DNA of 64,000 nucleotides from Alphaproteobacteria bacterium (GTDB lineage Bacteria; Pseudomonadota; Alphaproteobacteria; UBA9219; RGZA01): NCBI GenBank assembly GCA_021732145.1, contig JAKFVN010000017.1, positions 91,661 to 155,660 of the forward strand, read 5' to 3'. Shown piece by piece: positions 18,537 to 28,719 of this stretch (position 1 is its first letter; each line of letters starts with the position of its first letter). The notes under the pieces were generated by a model. It saw only the letters and a program-made list of their open reading frames with translations, ran no database searches and was not told where the DNA came from. The position numbers and the translations under genes were made by a program.

Positions 18537-19241
18537 TTATGCAGCCTTTTTTCTGGTGGTGCGTTGTTCAATGCGTTTTTCAAAACTCTTGCCTTGGAAA
18601 ATGCGCTTCACGAAAATACCCGGTGTGTGGATTTCATCGGGATTTAAGTCGCCGGTTTCCACAAGGATTTCAACTTCGGCAACCGTTGCCGTCGCACACA
18701 TCGCGCAAAGCGGGTTAAAGTTGCGCGCGGTCTTGTTGTAAATAAGGTTGCCTTCTTTGTCGCCCTTCCATGCTTTGACAATCGCAAGGTCAGCGCGAAT
18801 GCCGCGTTCCATCACATAGGTTTCGCCGTCAAATTCACGGGTTTCTTTTCCTTCGGCAAGCGGTGTGCCAACAGCCGTCTTGGTATAGAATGCGGGAATA
18901 CCTGCGCCGCCTGCGCGCATACGTTCCGCAAGCGTGCCCTGCGGGTTAAACTCCAATTCCAGTTTTCCGGAAAGATAAAGTTCAGCGAATAATTTGTTTT
19001 CACCCACATAAGACGAAACCATTCGGCGGATTTGACCCTTTTCCATCAAAAGGCCAAGCCCGAAACCATCCACGCCCGCATTATTGGATACGATGGTAAG
19101 TCCTGTCACGCCGCTTTCGCGAATGGCGGCAATGCAATTTTCGGGAATTCCGCATAAGCCAAAACCGCCCGCGGCGATGGTCATGTTGTCTTTCAAAAGG
19201 CCTTTGAGGGCGCTGGCGGCATCGGTGTTCACTTTATTCAT
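18537..19241 (-). CDS. scoA: 3-oxoacid CoA-transferase subunit A
   Basis: 234 aa, N-terminal AAGGFGLCGIPE motif. Sits immediately upstream of scoB on the same strand. Confidence 0.85.
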   Translation of the reverse strand: MNKVNTDAASALKGLLKDNMTIAAGGFGLCGIPENCIAAIRESGVTGLTIVSNNAGVDGFGLGLLMEKGQIRRMVSSYVGENKLFAELYLSGKLELEFNPQGTLAERMRAGGAGIPAFYTKTAVGTPLAEGKETREFDGETYVMERGIRADLAIVKAWKGDKEGNLIYNKTARNFNPLCAMCATATVAEVEILVETGDLNPDEIHTPGIFVKRIFQGKSFEKRIEQRTTRKKAA

Positions 19242-19334
19242 AAATGAGCAATCCTAGTTGCGAGTTGTTCTTAAAAACGGAATCGCACTATAAAAAACAA
19301 TGCGCGGTTTAACAAGCAAATGGTTTCAATGTGA

Positions 19335-19366
19335 TTGACATATTTTATCAAGGCTTTAAGTATAAT
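19335..19366 (+). promoter_or_regulatory. Candidate sigma70 promoter of sdhCDA (perfect TTGACA and TATAAT, but 20-nt spacer)
   Basis: TTGACA at 19335-19340, TATAAT at 19361-19366, about 35 nt upstream of the sdhC ATG. Confidence 0.3.
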
Positions 19367-19400
19367 GCCCATCCTCTAACTCCTTAAAAGTCCAGCAAAA

Positions 19401-19832
19401 ATGAGTGATAATTCTGCAAAGTCCAGTGCGCCAAAAGCGACACGGCCGCGCCCGCTTTCTCCGCATCTTCAAGTCTATCGTTTGCCATTGGCGGCGATTA
19501 CATCCATCACCCACCGTGCAACCGGCATTGCATTGACGGGCGGCGCTGTTGTTCTGGTGGCCTGGCTTTATGCAGCCGCAAATGACGCTGCATATTTCAA
19601 ATGGTGGCAAAGCGCGCTGATGTCACCTGTTGGGTTGGTGTGCATGGCAGGCTGGAGCCTTGCGCTGTTTTATCATTTGTGCGCCGGTATTCGCCATTTG
19701 CTGTGGGATGCAGGCGTTGGTCTTAAAAAAGAAACCGTCAATACCACCAACCTTTTGGTGATTGCATGCGCGTTGCTTCTCACCGGCATGGCATGGTTCT
19801 TCGCCTTGCCAAAACTGCCTTTCACGTTCTGA
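19401..19832 (+). CDS. sdhC: Succinate dehydrogenase cytochrome b556 subunit
   Basis: 143 aa, 3 TM segments, position directly upstream of sdhD-sdhA. Confidence 0.85.
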   Translation: MSDNSAKSSAPKATRPRPLSPHLQVYRLPLAAITSITHRATGIALTGGAVVLVAWLYAAANDAAYFKWWQSALMSPVGLVCMAGWSLALFYHLCAGIRHLLWDAGVGLKKETVNTTNLLVIACALLLTGMAWFFALPKLPFTF

Positions 19833-19839
19833 GGTTTTT

Positions 19840-20235
19840 ATGAACACAAAATCACAATCCTACCGCAGTGATCTTGGCCGCGTTCGCGGTCTTGGCTCGG
19901 CTAAAGACGGTACGCATCACTGGTGGGTAATGAAAATCTCATCCTTTGCGCTTATCCCGTTGACGCTTTGGTTTGTTATTTCCGTATTAAACCTTGTGGG
20001 CGGTGACCAGGTTGCAATCCAGCAATGGCTGAAGCACCCGCTGCAAGCGATTATGCTGCTGTTGTTCATCGGTTTTTCCCTGCATCACAGCGCCAATGGT
20101 CTGCAAACCGTGATGGAAGATTATATCCACTCACCCCTTTATAAAACTGTCCTGCTGGTTTTGAACAAACTGGTTCATGTTGTGCTTGCGGCGGTTGCCG
20201 CATTCTCGATTATCACTCTCGCCCTTAAAAACTAA
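19840..20235 (+). CDS. sdhD: Succinate dehydrogenase hydrophobic membrane anchor subunit
   Basis: 131 aa, 3 TM segments. GAGG RBS. Start at MNTKSQSY. Confidence 0.8.
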   Translation: MNTKSQSYRSDLGRVRGLGSAKDGTHHWWVMKISSFALIPLTLWFVISVLNLVGGDQVAIQQWLKHPLQAIMLLLFIGFSLHHSANGLQTVMEDYIHSPLYKTVLLVLNKLVHVVLAAVAAFSIITLALKN

Positions 20236-20254
20236 CTTGTGAAAGCCTAAAGCC

Positions 20255-22045
20255 ATGCCTGCTTACGATATTATTGATCATCATTATGACGTTGTGGTTG
20301 TGGGTGCTGGCGGCGCAGGTCTGCGTGCAACATTCGGCATGGCTGAAAAAGGTTTGAAAACCGCATGCATCACCAAAGTATTCCCAACGCGTTCACACAC
20401 CGTTGCAGCGCAGGGCGGTATTTCCGCTGCGCTTGGCAATATGGGTGAAGATGATTGGCGCTTTCACATGTATGATACCGTAAAGGGCTCCGATTGGCTC
20501 GGTGACCAGGACGCGATTGAATACATGTGCAAGGAAGCTATTCCTGCGATTGTTGAATTGGAACATTACGGCGTTCCTTTCTCCCGCACACCGGAAGGCA
20601 AGATTTATCAACGCGCATTCGGCGGTATGACCACCAATTACGGCAAGGGCATTGCGTATCGCACCTGCGCCGCTGCTGACCGCACGGGTCATGCGATTTT
20701 GCACACGCTGTATCAACAATCATTGAAGCACAGTGCTGAATTCTTCATCGAATACTTCGCCATGGATTTAATCATGGACGACGAAGGTGTGTGCCGCGGC
20801 GTGATGGCTTGGAATTTAGATGATGGCACGATGCATCGCTTCCGCGCGCAAACTGTTGTGCTCGCAACCGGTGGTTATGGCCGTGCGTATTTCTCATGCA
20901 CATCCGCGCATACCTGCACGGGCGATGGTAACGCCATGGCGGTTCGTGCTGGCTTGCCATTACAAGATATGGAATTCATTCAATTCCACCCAACAGGTGT
21001 TTACGGCGCGGGTTGCTTGATTACCGAAGGCGCGCGCGGCGAAGGTGGCTATGTCACCAACGGCAATGGCGAACGCTTCATGGAACGTTATGCGCCATCT
21101 GCAAAAGATTTGGCAAGCCGCGACGTAGTCAGCCGTTCCATGACCATTGAAATTCGCGAAGGCCGTGGTTGCGGCCCCAAGAAAGATCACATCCATTTGC
21201 ATCTTGAACATCTGGATCCGAAAATCTTGCATGAACGTCTGCCGGGTATTTCCGAAACAGCGAAGGTGTTCGCCGGCGTTGATGTGACCAAGGAACCGAT
21301 ACCCATCTTGCCGACTGTGCATTACAATATGGGCGGTATTCCAACCAATTATCACGGCGAAGTTATCCGCCCAACCAAAGACAACCCCGATGCCATCGTG
21401 CCGGGCTTGATGGCGATTGGCGAAGCGGCATGCGTTTCCGTTCACGGCGCGAACCGTTTGGGTTCAAATTCATTGCTCGATTTGGTGGTGTTTGGCCGCG
21501 CGGCTGCGATTAAAGCAGCGCAGGTTATTAAGCCCAATTCACCGCACAAGGTTCTGCCTGCATCCAGCGTGGATGGCATCATGGCGCGCTTTGATAAATT
21601 GCGTAACGCCAATGGCGGTACCAAGACCGCCGATATACGCGATAAGATGCAGCATGTGATGCAAACCAATTGCGCCGTGTTCCGCACCGAAGAAACATTG
21701 AAAGCAGGCGTGGATGGCATCAACGAATTGCTGAAGCAACGCGCGGACGTGAAGGTTTCCGATCGCTCACTGATCTGGAATTCCGATTTAGTGGAAACGC
21801 TGGAGCTGGATAATTTGCTGGTTCAGGCGGCCGCATCGGTGGTATCGGGCCATGCCCGCAAGGAATCCAGAGGCGCGCATGCACGCGAAGATTACAAAGA
21901 ACGCGACGATGTAAACTGGATGAAGCACAGCATTGCCTATGTGGATGATGCAACCGGCAAAGTGACGCTGGATTATCGCCCCGTGCATTTGTATACAATG
22001 AGCAAAGATGTGGAAGTTGTTCCGCCGAAGCCCCGCGTATACTAA
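20255..22045 (+). CDS. sdhA: Succinate dehydrogenase flavoprotein subunit
   Basis: 596 aa. FAD-binding [12 protein letters not shown], the [10 protein letters not shown] covalent-FAD histidine region, and a C-terminal domain typical of SdhA. Confidence 0.95.
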   Translation: MPAYDIIDHHYDVVVVGAGGAGLRATFGMAEKGLKTACITKVFPTRSHTVAAQGGISAALGNMGEDDWRFHMYDTVKGSDWLGDQDAIEYMCKEAIPAIVELEHYGVPFSRTPEGKIYQRAFGGMTTNYGKGIAYRTCAAADRTGHAILHTLYQQSLKHSAEFFIEYFAMDLIMDDEGVCRGVMAWNLDDGTMHRFRAQTVVLATGGYGRAYFSCTSAHTCTGDGNAMAVRAGLPLQDMEFIQFHPTGVYGAGCLITEGARGEGGYVTNGNGERFMERYAPSAKDLASRDVVSRSMTIEIREGRGCGPKKDHIHLHLEHLDPKILHERLPGISETAKVFAGVDVTKEPIPILPTVHYNMGGIPTNYHGEVIRPTKDNPDAIVPGLMAIGEAACVSVHGANRLGSNSLLDLVVFGRAAAIKAAQVIKPNSPHKVLPASSVDGIMARFDKLRNANGGTKTADIRDKMQHVMQTNCAVFRTEETLKAGVDGINELLKQRADVKVSDRSLIWNSDLVETLELDNLLVQAAASVVSGHARKESRGAHAREDYKERDDVNWMKHSIAYVDDATGKVTLDYRPVHLYTMSKDVEVVPPKPRVY

Positions 22046-22051
22046 TCGCGA

Positions 22052-22582
22052 TTAAGCTGGATCGTTCTCGTTGCCTTCGCGGCGTTTAACCAGAAAATCT
22101 GGCGCAACTGCCTGATGTTGCTGTTCCATGCGATAGGTTGCCAGCGCGGATGGATTAGGCGGCTTTTTCATTCTGAGTTTGATTTTTTCAACGGCTTTGC
22201 GGCTGATGCTGTCAATCACCGCAATCGGGCCATGTTCCAGATCGTGGAAAAATTCCTTCACCACTGGCAGCAGCATTACCTGATCATAATTCACAATGCG
22301 GTCGGAGATATCGCTTACCGGCACGCGGCCTGTGATGGAATAGACCAATAATTTGAAACTTCCGGGCCTGATTTTGCCACCGGTTTTGATAAGGCTTTCA
22401 ATTTCCTTGCTGGAATGCACCATCGTATATACCGGCACGCCCAATTCGCGATCATATGCCTTGGCAACAATCAGCGCAACGTGCTCATGTTCCGATGGTT
22501 CGCGCGGGTCAAGGCGCATATGCGGAAAATTACAACGCACAAAATCGCCTACGCGCAGATGTTTGTAATGCTTACGGCTCAT
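22052..22582 (-). CDS. MazF/PemK/Kid-fold protein with about 60-aa C-terminal extension; no adjacent antitoxin gene
   Basis: N-terminal RVGDFVRCNFP...EHEHVALIVA...VPVYTMVHSS...NYDQV aligns with the Kid/PemK pattern RGEIWLVSLDP...GTRPVLIVT...LPVVVPVTS...CDQP. Confidence 0.5.
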   Translation of the reverse strand: MSRKHYKHLRVGDFVRCNFPHMRLDPREPSEHEHVALIVAKAYDRELGVPVYTMVHSSKEIESLIKTGGKIRPGSFKLLVYSITGRVPVSDISDRIVNYDQVMLLPVVKEFFHDLEHGPIAVIDSISRKAVEKIKLRMKKPPNPSALATYRMEQQHQAVAPDFLVKRREGNENDPA

Positions 22583-22673
22583 ATGTCTTTTAAAAAAAGT
22601 CTTAAAATAGCTGAGCTATTTTACTGCATTGGCGTTGGTTAATGCGTTGCGTAATTACTTTCGCGCAAGCACA

Positions 22674-22712
22674 AAAAACCCGCAAAACCCGAGGTTTGGC
22701 GGGGTTTTAATG
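22674..22712 (-). terminator. Possible rho-independent terminator downstream of the yidB-like gene
   Basis: On the minus strand: AAAACCCCGCC-aaacctcgg-GTTTTGCGGGTTTTTT. GC-rich imperfect hairpin plus a T6 run. Confidence 0.35.
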
Positions 22713-22725
22713 AACGTGTTAAAGC

Positions 22726-23133
22726 TTAAGCGGCTTTTTGCGCGTTAAAGATATCAAGGATTATGCCGATCATATTCGTATCCAGCTGGCCGTTTGGTGA
22801 AAGCTTATCCACCAGCTTTGGCAAAATCTGCGCCAGTTGCTGCGTTGTTTCCTGCGGCGTTAAGTTTGCAGCCGTTGCAATTTGCTGAACATGCGCTTCC
22901 CCCAGGCCTTGCCGAACCTGTTCGGGTGTCACTGGCAAATTCTGTCCGGTTGAAATCCATGACTGCACGATTTGGCCAAGGCCGTTCTTTTCAAAATTCT
23001 GGATGAGGGTTGCAATGCCCTGCTCGCCGCCATTTTGCTGTACGTAATCAATGACGGCATTCACCAGCGGGCCTTGCTGTCCATTGCCGATCGATTTGAT
23101 GGCTTGTTCCAAAATCATGTTCATAAAGCTCAT
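22726..23133 (-). CDS. YidB-like protein (DUF937 family)
   Basis: From MSFMNMILEQ the sequence matches the E. coli YidB pattern throughout, about 135 aa (...GGLGQIVQSW...LAQILPKLVDKLSPNGQ...). The track ORF extends to 23175. Confidence 0.7.
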   Translation of the reverse strand: MSFMNMILEQAIKSIGNGQQGPLVNAVIDYVQQNGGEQGIATLIQNFEKNGLGQIVQSWISTGQNLPVTPEQVRQGLGEAHVQQIATAANLTPQETTQQLAQILPKLVDKLSPNGQLDTNMIGIILDIFNAQKAA

Positions 23134-23322
23134 AGCTTGTCCTTCCACGGTGAATAATGGGCCGAATGTAGCCAAGAGTGTCTGCGCTGTCGAATCATGC
23201 CTAATTGCTCAACAAAAACGCTGCATTTCATGCTTAACTGGGCAAGAAAACCGTTGAAGTCATGGTGCGTAATTTATATTATAAAGCCACTTCGTTTCCT
23301 GCCCCTTACCCTACGAAATCTC

Positions 23323-24105
23323 ATGGTTGAACTTACACTCCCCGCGCATTCCAAAGTCCAAACCGGCGTGACGCACCCCGCAGTTGCTGGCACAAAAAAT
23401 CCGCGCAAATTCAAAATCTACCGTTTCAATCCGGATAATAACGAAAATCCGACGCTTGATACCTATACGGTTGATATGGATGATTGCGGCCCGATGGTGC
23501 TTGATGCGCTGTTCTATATCAAAAACAAAATCGACCCGACGCTAACCTTTCGCCGTTCCTGCCGTGAAGGCATTTGCGGTTCATGCGCCATGAATATTGA
23601 TGGGCAAAATACATTGGCCTGCTTAAAGGCAACCGAAGATTGCCACGGCGATGTCGCCATTTACCCATTGCCGCATCGTCCGGTCGTCAAAGATTTAATT
23701 CCCGATGTCACGCAGCTTTACGCGCAATACGCATCCATCCAGCCTTGGCTGCAAACGCAAACCCTGCCGCCACCGGATAAGGAACGTCTGCAATCGCAAG
23801 ATGAACGCAAGAAGCTTGATGGTTTGTATGAATGCATTTTATGCTTCTGCTGCTCCACTTCATGCCCCAGCTATTGGTGGAATGAAGAACGCTATCTGGG
23901 CCCTGCGATTTTGCTGCAAGCCTATCGCTGGATTGCCGATAGCCGCGATGAAATGACCGGCGAACGTCTCGATAACCTCGAAGATCCGTTTCGTTTATAC
24001 CGCTGCCATACCATCATGAACTGCACCAATGCGTGCCCCAAGGGGCTTAACCCCGCGAAAGCCATTGCGGAAATTAAGCAGTTAATGGTTGAACGCCGCG
24101 CCTAA
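23323..24105 (+). CDS. sdhB: Succinate dehydrogenase iron-sulfur subunit
   Basis: 260 aa. 2Fe-2S motif [11 protein letters not shown]. 4Fe-4S/3Fe-4S motifs [12 protein letters not shown] and [14 protein letters not shown]. Start at MVELTLP. Confidence 0.9.
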   Translation: MVELTLPAHSKVQTGVTHPAVAGTKNPRKFKIYRFNPDNNENPTLDTYTVDMDDCGPMVLDALFYIKNKIDPTLTFRRSCREGICGSCAMNIDGQNTLACLKATEDCHGDVAIYPLPHRPVVKDLIPDVTQLYAQYASIQPWLQTQTLPPPDKERLQSQDERKKLDGLYECILCFCCSTSCPSYWWNEERYLGPAILLQAYRWIADSRDEMTGERLDNLEDPFRLYRCHTIMNCTNACPKGLNPAKAIAEIKQLMVERRA

Positions 24106-24155
24106 TAATTGCGCAATTTAAAAACGAATACGAAAAGAATGCCGATTGACCACTT

Positions 24156-24815
24156 ATGCGCGGTATGAAAAACTATTCCCATATTCATTTTATATTTTCT
24201 CAATTGGAGGCGTTCATGGGTGCACCAGTTCTTGATGCAGAAGCAAAACCAGCCATTTTAGTGTGGTTCGATTGGGCCGAACGCATGACCACGGGCCTTG
24301 GCACGCAGCGTGAATTCAGCGCGCAAGATGAGAACAATGTTGATGCTGTGCTCTTATCCGCAGTTGCTGCGCTTCACGCCAATAAACCCGGCATTCATTT
24401 GCCAGCGCATCTTCAGGGTGATTTGGAGAGAACCGGCCTTGAAGCGCCCGAACGCCTCGTTGTGAATTCAGGTTCCGCGATTGCGGTTGAAACCATCACC
24501 TTGTTCATGCTGGAGCGGCTGGCCACGCGTGATGATGAACGTGCATTTGATATTGCCGAAGATTTACGGATGATTTCACGCAACAGCGTATTTGCAAACC
24601 AGCTTGCGTTATTTCAAATGAGCCTTGCCGATATCAATCCGAAATTGAACGCGCGCAATTTTGAATCATGGGGCGATAAGACGGCGCATCTTAAGGCGGC
24701 CAGTGTTCGGCGCTCTGTTAAGCCTGATAGTTTTGAAGGCCAAGTGGTGCAAAGCGCCAACCGCGTCATGCACAGCTATTTTAAAGCAACTGCGCCAAGC
24801 CTTGATGCGGCTTAA
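24156..24815 (+). CDS. Hypothetical protein (219 aa)
   Basis: ORF only, no recognisable motif. Convergent with the CSD-repeat gene, 4-nt overlap. Confidence 0.4.
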   Translation: MRGMKNYSHIHFIFSQLEAFMGAPVLDAEAKPAILVWFDWAERMTTGLGTQREFSAQDENNVDAVLLSAVAALHANKPGIHLPAHLQGDLERTGLEAPERLVVNSGSAIAVETITLFMLERLATRDDERAFDIAEDLRMISRNSVFANQLALFQMSLADINPKLNARNFESWGDKTAHLKAASVRRSVKPDSFEGQVVQSANRVMHSYFKATAPSLDAA

Positions 24816-26263
24816 GACGGATCGTTTGGATTACGCGGCAAACCGCCCGGAATAACATCAAAGCCATGCAGTGTGCGGATGGGGATCTCTTTGATGATCA
24901 CTCTGCCTCTTCTATCGCGTTCTGGCTCACCAGCAGCATAGAAATCAGGATCCGTCGGCGGTTGCGGCGTATTCGGATCATATGGAACTTCATCATAGGT
25001 GTTCGAATGCGCGTAATTCGCTGGCAAGCGTTCTTGATCATGCTGCTGGTTGTGTTGTAGCGGACGAAGGCTACCCATATGTGCAGCATTGCTTACCTGA
25101 ATTCTGCCGGTTGGGCTGAATTCCAACTGGAACTCAACGCGCTCACCTTCTCTGAAAGTTTCAGCTTCTGGCACTTGGTTGAAATGAACAAATGCGTCTT
25201 TGCCTTCAAGCTCAGGAATGGTTGTATCCGGACGAATATGTCTGAACTGCGCATTTTCATTATTAATGCGCGCAACTGTTCCTTTGAACACCTGTAATTC
25301 CAAATCTTCGGTTACAGGCGCAAGATTATCTAATAGATCATCATGTTGATCTGCGGTTGCTTGCACAGCTGCACGCGGGCGTGGCTGACCGAATAATTGA
25401 ACTTCATCAATCTGGGTTTGACCCTTATTTTCCCAAAGGCTGAAGCGAATGCGCGAACCGGCCCGTAATGTGGTGTTTTCCGGATATCCGGAAATACCAA
25501 TTCTGGAAATATGAAAAAACGCATCGCGGCCACCCAGCTCAGGAATATTTTGGTTTGGGTCTGGCATAACAAATGTAAAGCCGCGCTCGAAATCTTTTTT
25601 CAATTCTCCTGAATATGGCAAGTCATCCGATTCCGGAACGCCTGCAACGCCCTGTTCATCAAAATTGTGGTCTGAAGAATAGCTTCGCTGTTGCGTGGGG
25701 CGCTCGCCAACTTCACGGGCGGCTCCGCCTAAAATGCTTGTGCGTTCCGGTGGACGTGCGGGTTGTGCGGGCTCTTGAATAACTGCAGGTGCTGCTGGCT
25801 TTGGCGTTACTTCCCATTTGCCAATATGCTTTTCGATTTCAAGGCATAATGCGCCAATGGTCATGGAACGGTCGCGGCGGCGTGTTTTTTGCTGTGAACC
25901 CTCATTATCGAACAGATGCTTGTTTTCCACCCACTGGGTCAGGTTCTCGCGCAAATCCTTGGGCAATTTTTTGCCCGGCAGGCTGATGATGAAAAGTTCT
26001 GAACCCTTATACTTGCCAGCAATGCGCAAGCCGGTTGTGCCTGCGGCTGCGACTTGCTCATCGCCTTCTTGGGTCAATTCGAAGTAAATGGATGTAAATG
26101 CCTTGGTATCTTTATTCCATAAAACAGCAATCGCTTGCTTTTCATCTGGCGTACGAAGGATGGGCTGGCGTGGTTTTGCGGTTTGACCGCTGAAGGAAGT
26201 TTGCCCATTCCATAGCGTATATTCGCTATCGCCATTCAGCTTGAATTCTGTAGGTATGCCCAT
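24812..26263 (-). CDS. Protein with unknown N-terminal domain, two cold-shock (CSD/OB) domains and a Pro-rich C-terminal tail
   Basis: Two repeats: GFTFVMPDP...GGRDAFFHISRI...GSRIRFSLWE and GTVARINNENAQFRHIRPD...GKDAFVHFNQV...GERVEFQLEF. They resemble CspA (GIVKWFNADKGFGFI...DVFVHFSAI...G). Start at MGIPTEF. Confidence 0.6.
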   Translation of the reverse strand: MGIPTEFKLNGDSEYTLWNGQTSFSGQTAKPRQPILRTPDEKQAIAVLWNKDTKAFTSIYFELTQEGDEQVAAAGTTGLRIAGKYKGSELFIISLPGKKLPKDLRENLTQWVENKHLFDNEGSQQKTRRRDRSMTIGALCLEIEKHIGKWEVTPKPAAPAVIQEPAQPARPPERTSILGGAAREVGERPTQQRSYSSDHNFDEQGVAGVPESDDLPYSGELKKDFERGFTFVMPDPNQNIPELGGRDAFFHISRIGISGYPENTTLRAGSRIRFSLWENKGQTQIDEVQLFGQPRPRAAVQATADQHDDLLDNLAPVTEDLELQVFKGTVARINNENAQFRHIRPDTTIPELEGKDAFVHFNQVPEAETFREGERVEFQLEFSPTGRIQVSNAAHMGSLRPLQHNQQHDQERLPANYAHSNTYDEVPYDPNTPQPPTDPDFYAAGEPERDRRGRVIIKEIPIRTLHGFDVIPGGLPRNPNDPS

Positions 26264-26417
26264 AAAAAATTCCTTGCATGTTATAATCCGCAATTTACCA
26301 TGCCGTTTTGAAAGTAATTTCGGCTTTGTTACTGTTATCCCTTCAACACCCGCTCGACAGATTAATAAAACCCTATATTCTACGCCCGTTAGTAAACATT
26401 AATGGGGTTCAGCTTCC

Positions 26418-27941
26418 ATGGTTGCACGTATCCGCACAGTCGCTTTTGAAGGCGTGGATGTCCTTGATGTGGATGTGCAGGCGCAGATTTCATCTGGCCT
26501 TGTTGCCTTTACCCTTGTGGGTTTGCCCGATAAAGCAGTGACCGAAAGCCGCGAACGTGTTCGCGCAGCGCTTCATGCACTGGGGCTTTCCATGCCAGCC
26601 AAACGCATCACGGTCAATCTGGCGCCTGCCGATGTGCAAAAGGAAGGAAGCCACTTTGATTTACCTATCGCGTTAGCATTATTGGTGGCGATGGGCGTTG
26701 TGCCGCAAGATGCGGTTGCGGATTACGTGGCGCTTGGCGAGCTTGCACTTGATGGCGGCTTAACCCGCGTGACGGGCGTGCTACCCGCAGCAATTAATGC
26801 GAAGGCGCATGACCTTGGTTTAATTTGCCCGGCCACGAATGGCAGCGAAGCCTTATGGGCGGGCGATGATATGAATGTGCTTGCGCCGCAGTCATTATTG
26901 CAACTCATCAACCATTTTAAGGGCACGCAGGTGCTCACGCGGCCCGAACGCCGCATGGAAAATCTGGATGGCGCATCGCCCGATTTGCGCGATGTGAAAG
27001 GGCAGGAGGCAGCCAAGCGTGTATTAGAGGTTGTTGCCGCGGGCGGGCATAATTTACTCATGCTTGGGCCGCCGGGTTCTGGCAAAAGCATGCTTGCTGC
27101 GCGATTGCCGGGTTTGTTGCCGCCGCTTTCCGCGCGCGAAGCATTGGAAGTTTCCATGATTCATTCAGTAGCTGGCATGTTGCCCGATGGGCAATTGCTG
27201 CGCCGCCGCCCGTTTCGCGATCCGCATCATTCAGCATCGCTGCCTGCGCTTATTGGCGGCGGGATGAAGGCCAAGCCTGGCGAAGTTTCACTCGCACACT
27301 TCGGCGTGTTGTTTCTTGATGAACTTCCAGAATTTCAACGCCCAACATTGGAAGCATTGCGTCAGCCATTGGAAACGGGGCGCGCGGTTGTTGCACGCGC
27401 TAATCACCATTTAACCTATCCCGCGCGGTTTCAATTGATTGCCGCGATGAACCCGTGCCGCTGCGGTTATTTGGGTGATGCATCGCAAGCGTGTAACAAA
27501 GCCCCCAATTGCGGTTCGGAATATCAAAACAAATTATCCGGCCCATTACTTGACCGTATTGATTGTCATGTGGAAGTGCCTGCGGTTAGTGCCAATGATT
27601 TAAGTTTGCCACAAGCCAAGGAAGACAGCGCAACGGTCGCTGCGCGTGTTGCACAGGCCAGAGCATGTCAGGAAGACCGCTATTCGAAAATGGATACACC
27701 CATAAAACCCAACAACAATTCCGAAGCAGATGGGGAGTTATTGCAGAAAGTCGCAACGCCTGATAGCGGCGGGCAGAATCTATTAAGCCAGGCGGCAGAG
27801 CAATTAAAACTTTCCGCGCGCGGGTATACGCGCGTTGTTCGTGTTGCCAGAACCTTGGCAGATTTGGAAGGCGTGGACGCGGTTAAACGCGCCCATGTCG
27901 CAGAAGCATTGAGTTACCGCCGTGTTGCCAATAGCCGTTAA
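26418..27941 (+). CDS. YifB/ComM family Mg-chelatase-like AAA+ ATPase
   Basis: 507 aa. Lon-like N-domain, Walker A GPPGSGKS, ChlI-type AAA+ core, C-terminal domain. Confidence 0.85.
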   Translation: MVARIRTVAFEGVDVLDVDVQAQISSGLVAFTLVGLPDKAVTESRERVRAALHALGLSMPAKRITVNLAPADVQKEGSHFDLPIALALLVAMGVVPQDAVADYVALGELALDGGLTRVTGVLPAAINAKAHDLGLICPATNGSEALWAGDDMNVLAPQSLLQLINHFKGTQVLTRPERRMENLDGASPDLRDVKGQEAAKRVLEVVAAGGHNLLMLGPPGSGKSMLAARLPGLLPPLSAREALEVSMIHSVAGMLPDGQLLRRRPFRDPHHSASLPALIGGGMKAKPGEVSLAHFGVLFLDELPEFQRPTLEALRQPLETGRAVVARANHHLTYPARFQLIAAMNPCRCGYLGDASQACNKAPNCGSEYQNKLSGPLLDRIDCHVEVPAVSANDLSLPQAKEDSATVAARVAQARACQEDRYSKMDTPIKPNNNSEADGELLQKVATPDSGGQNLLSQAAEQLKLSARGYTRVVRVARTLADLEGVDAVKRAHVAEALSYRRVANSR

Positions 27942-27990
27942 TAAAACGAGCCGCTAGTAAAACCCCAAAAAACCGCATATAAATCTGCCT

Positions 27991-28719
27991 ATGCGTTTAG
28001 GAATTAACATTGATCACGTGGCGACGTTGCGCAATGCGCGCGGCGGCAATAATCCCGATCCATTGCGTGCAGCCATCATGGCCAAGGGCGCAGGCGCGGA
28101 TTTAATCACCGCGCATCTGCGCGAAGACCGCCGTCATATCCGTGATGCGGATATGGAAAAGCTACGCGCGGAATGCGGCTTGCCCCTTAATATGGAAATG
28201 GCCGTGACTGATGAAATGACCAAAATCGCGCTGCGTATCAAACCGCATGCCGTATGCCTTGTGCCTGAACGCCGTCAGGAAATCACGACCGAAGGCGGCC
28301 TTGATGTCATCGCACATTTTGAAAAAATAAAAACATGCGTTGGTGAACTGCAAAATGCGGGCATTGAAGTGGCATTATTCATCAGCCCTGATGAAGCGCA
28401 GATTGATGCTTCCAAAAAAACGGCATGCAAGGCGATTGAATTGCATACGGGTTCCTATGCCGATGCTGGCGCAAAGCAACCCCAGGAATTAAACCGTTTG
28501 CGCATCGGCGCAGATTACGCGGCATTGCTTGGCATTGAAGTGCATGCAGGGCATGGTCTTACTTATGATAACGTATCACCTGTTGCGGCGATTAAGCCGA
28601 TTGTTGAATTGAATATCGGGCATTTTTTAATGGGCGAAGCGATGTTTGTGGGCATGCATGCCAGCGTCCACAAGATGAAAACCATCATGCTGGATGCGCG
28701 CAAGAAAGCGGCCGCATGA
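27991..28719 (+). CDS. pdxJ: Pyridoxine 5'-phosphate synthase
   Basis: 242 aa, [18 protein letters not shown]... PdxJ N-terminus. Confidence 0.9.
   Translation: MRLGINIDHVATLRNARGGNNPDPLRAAIMAKGAGADLITAHLREDRRHIRDADMEKLRAECGLPLNMEMAVTDEMTKIALRIKPHAVCLVPERRQEITTEGGLDVIAHFEKIKTCVGELQNAGIEVALFISPDEAQIDASKKTACKAIELHTGSYADAGAKQPQELNRLRIGADYAALLGIEVHAGHGLTYDNVSPVAAIKPIVELNIGHFLMGEAMFVGMHASVHKMKTIMLDARKKAAA

Noticed and set aside
22046-23322. sdhA/sdhB separation as an assembly artefact
   Set aside because: Both intervening genes are intact with their own terminator-like structure, and sdhB has a normal start at 23323. This looks like genuine gene order.
24107-24118. Perfect 12-bp palindrome AATTGCGCAATT immediately after sdhB, considered as a terminator
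   Set aside because: It is AT-rich and short with no following T-run, so it is unlikely to be an intrinsic terminator. It could be a protein-binding site, but there is no further evidence.
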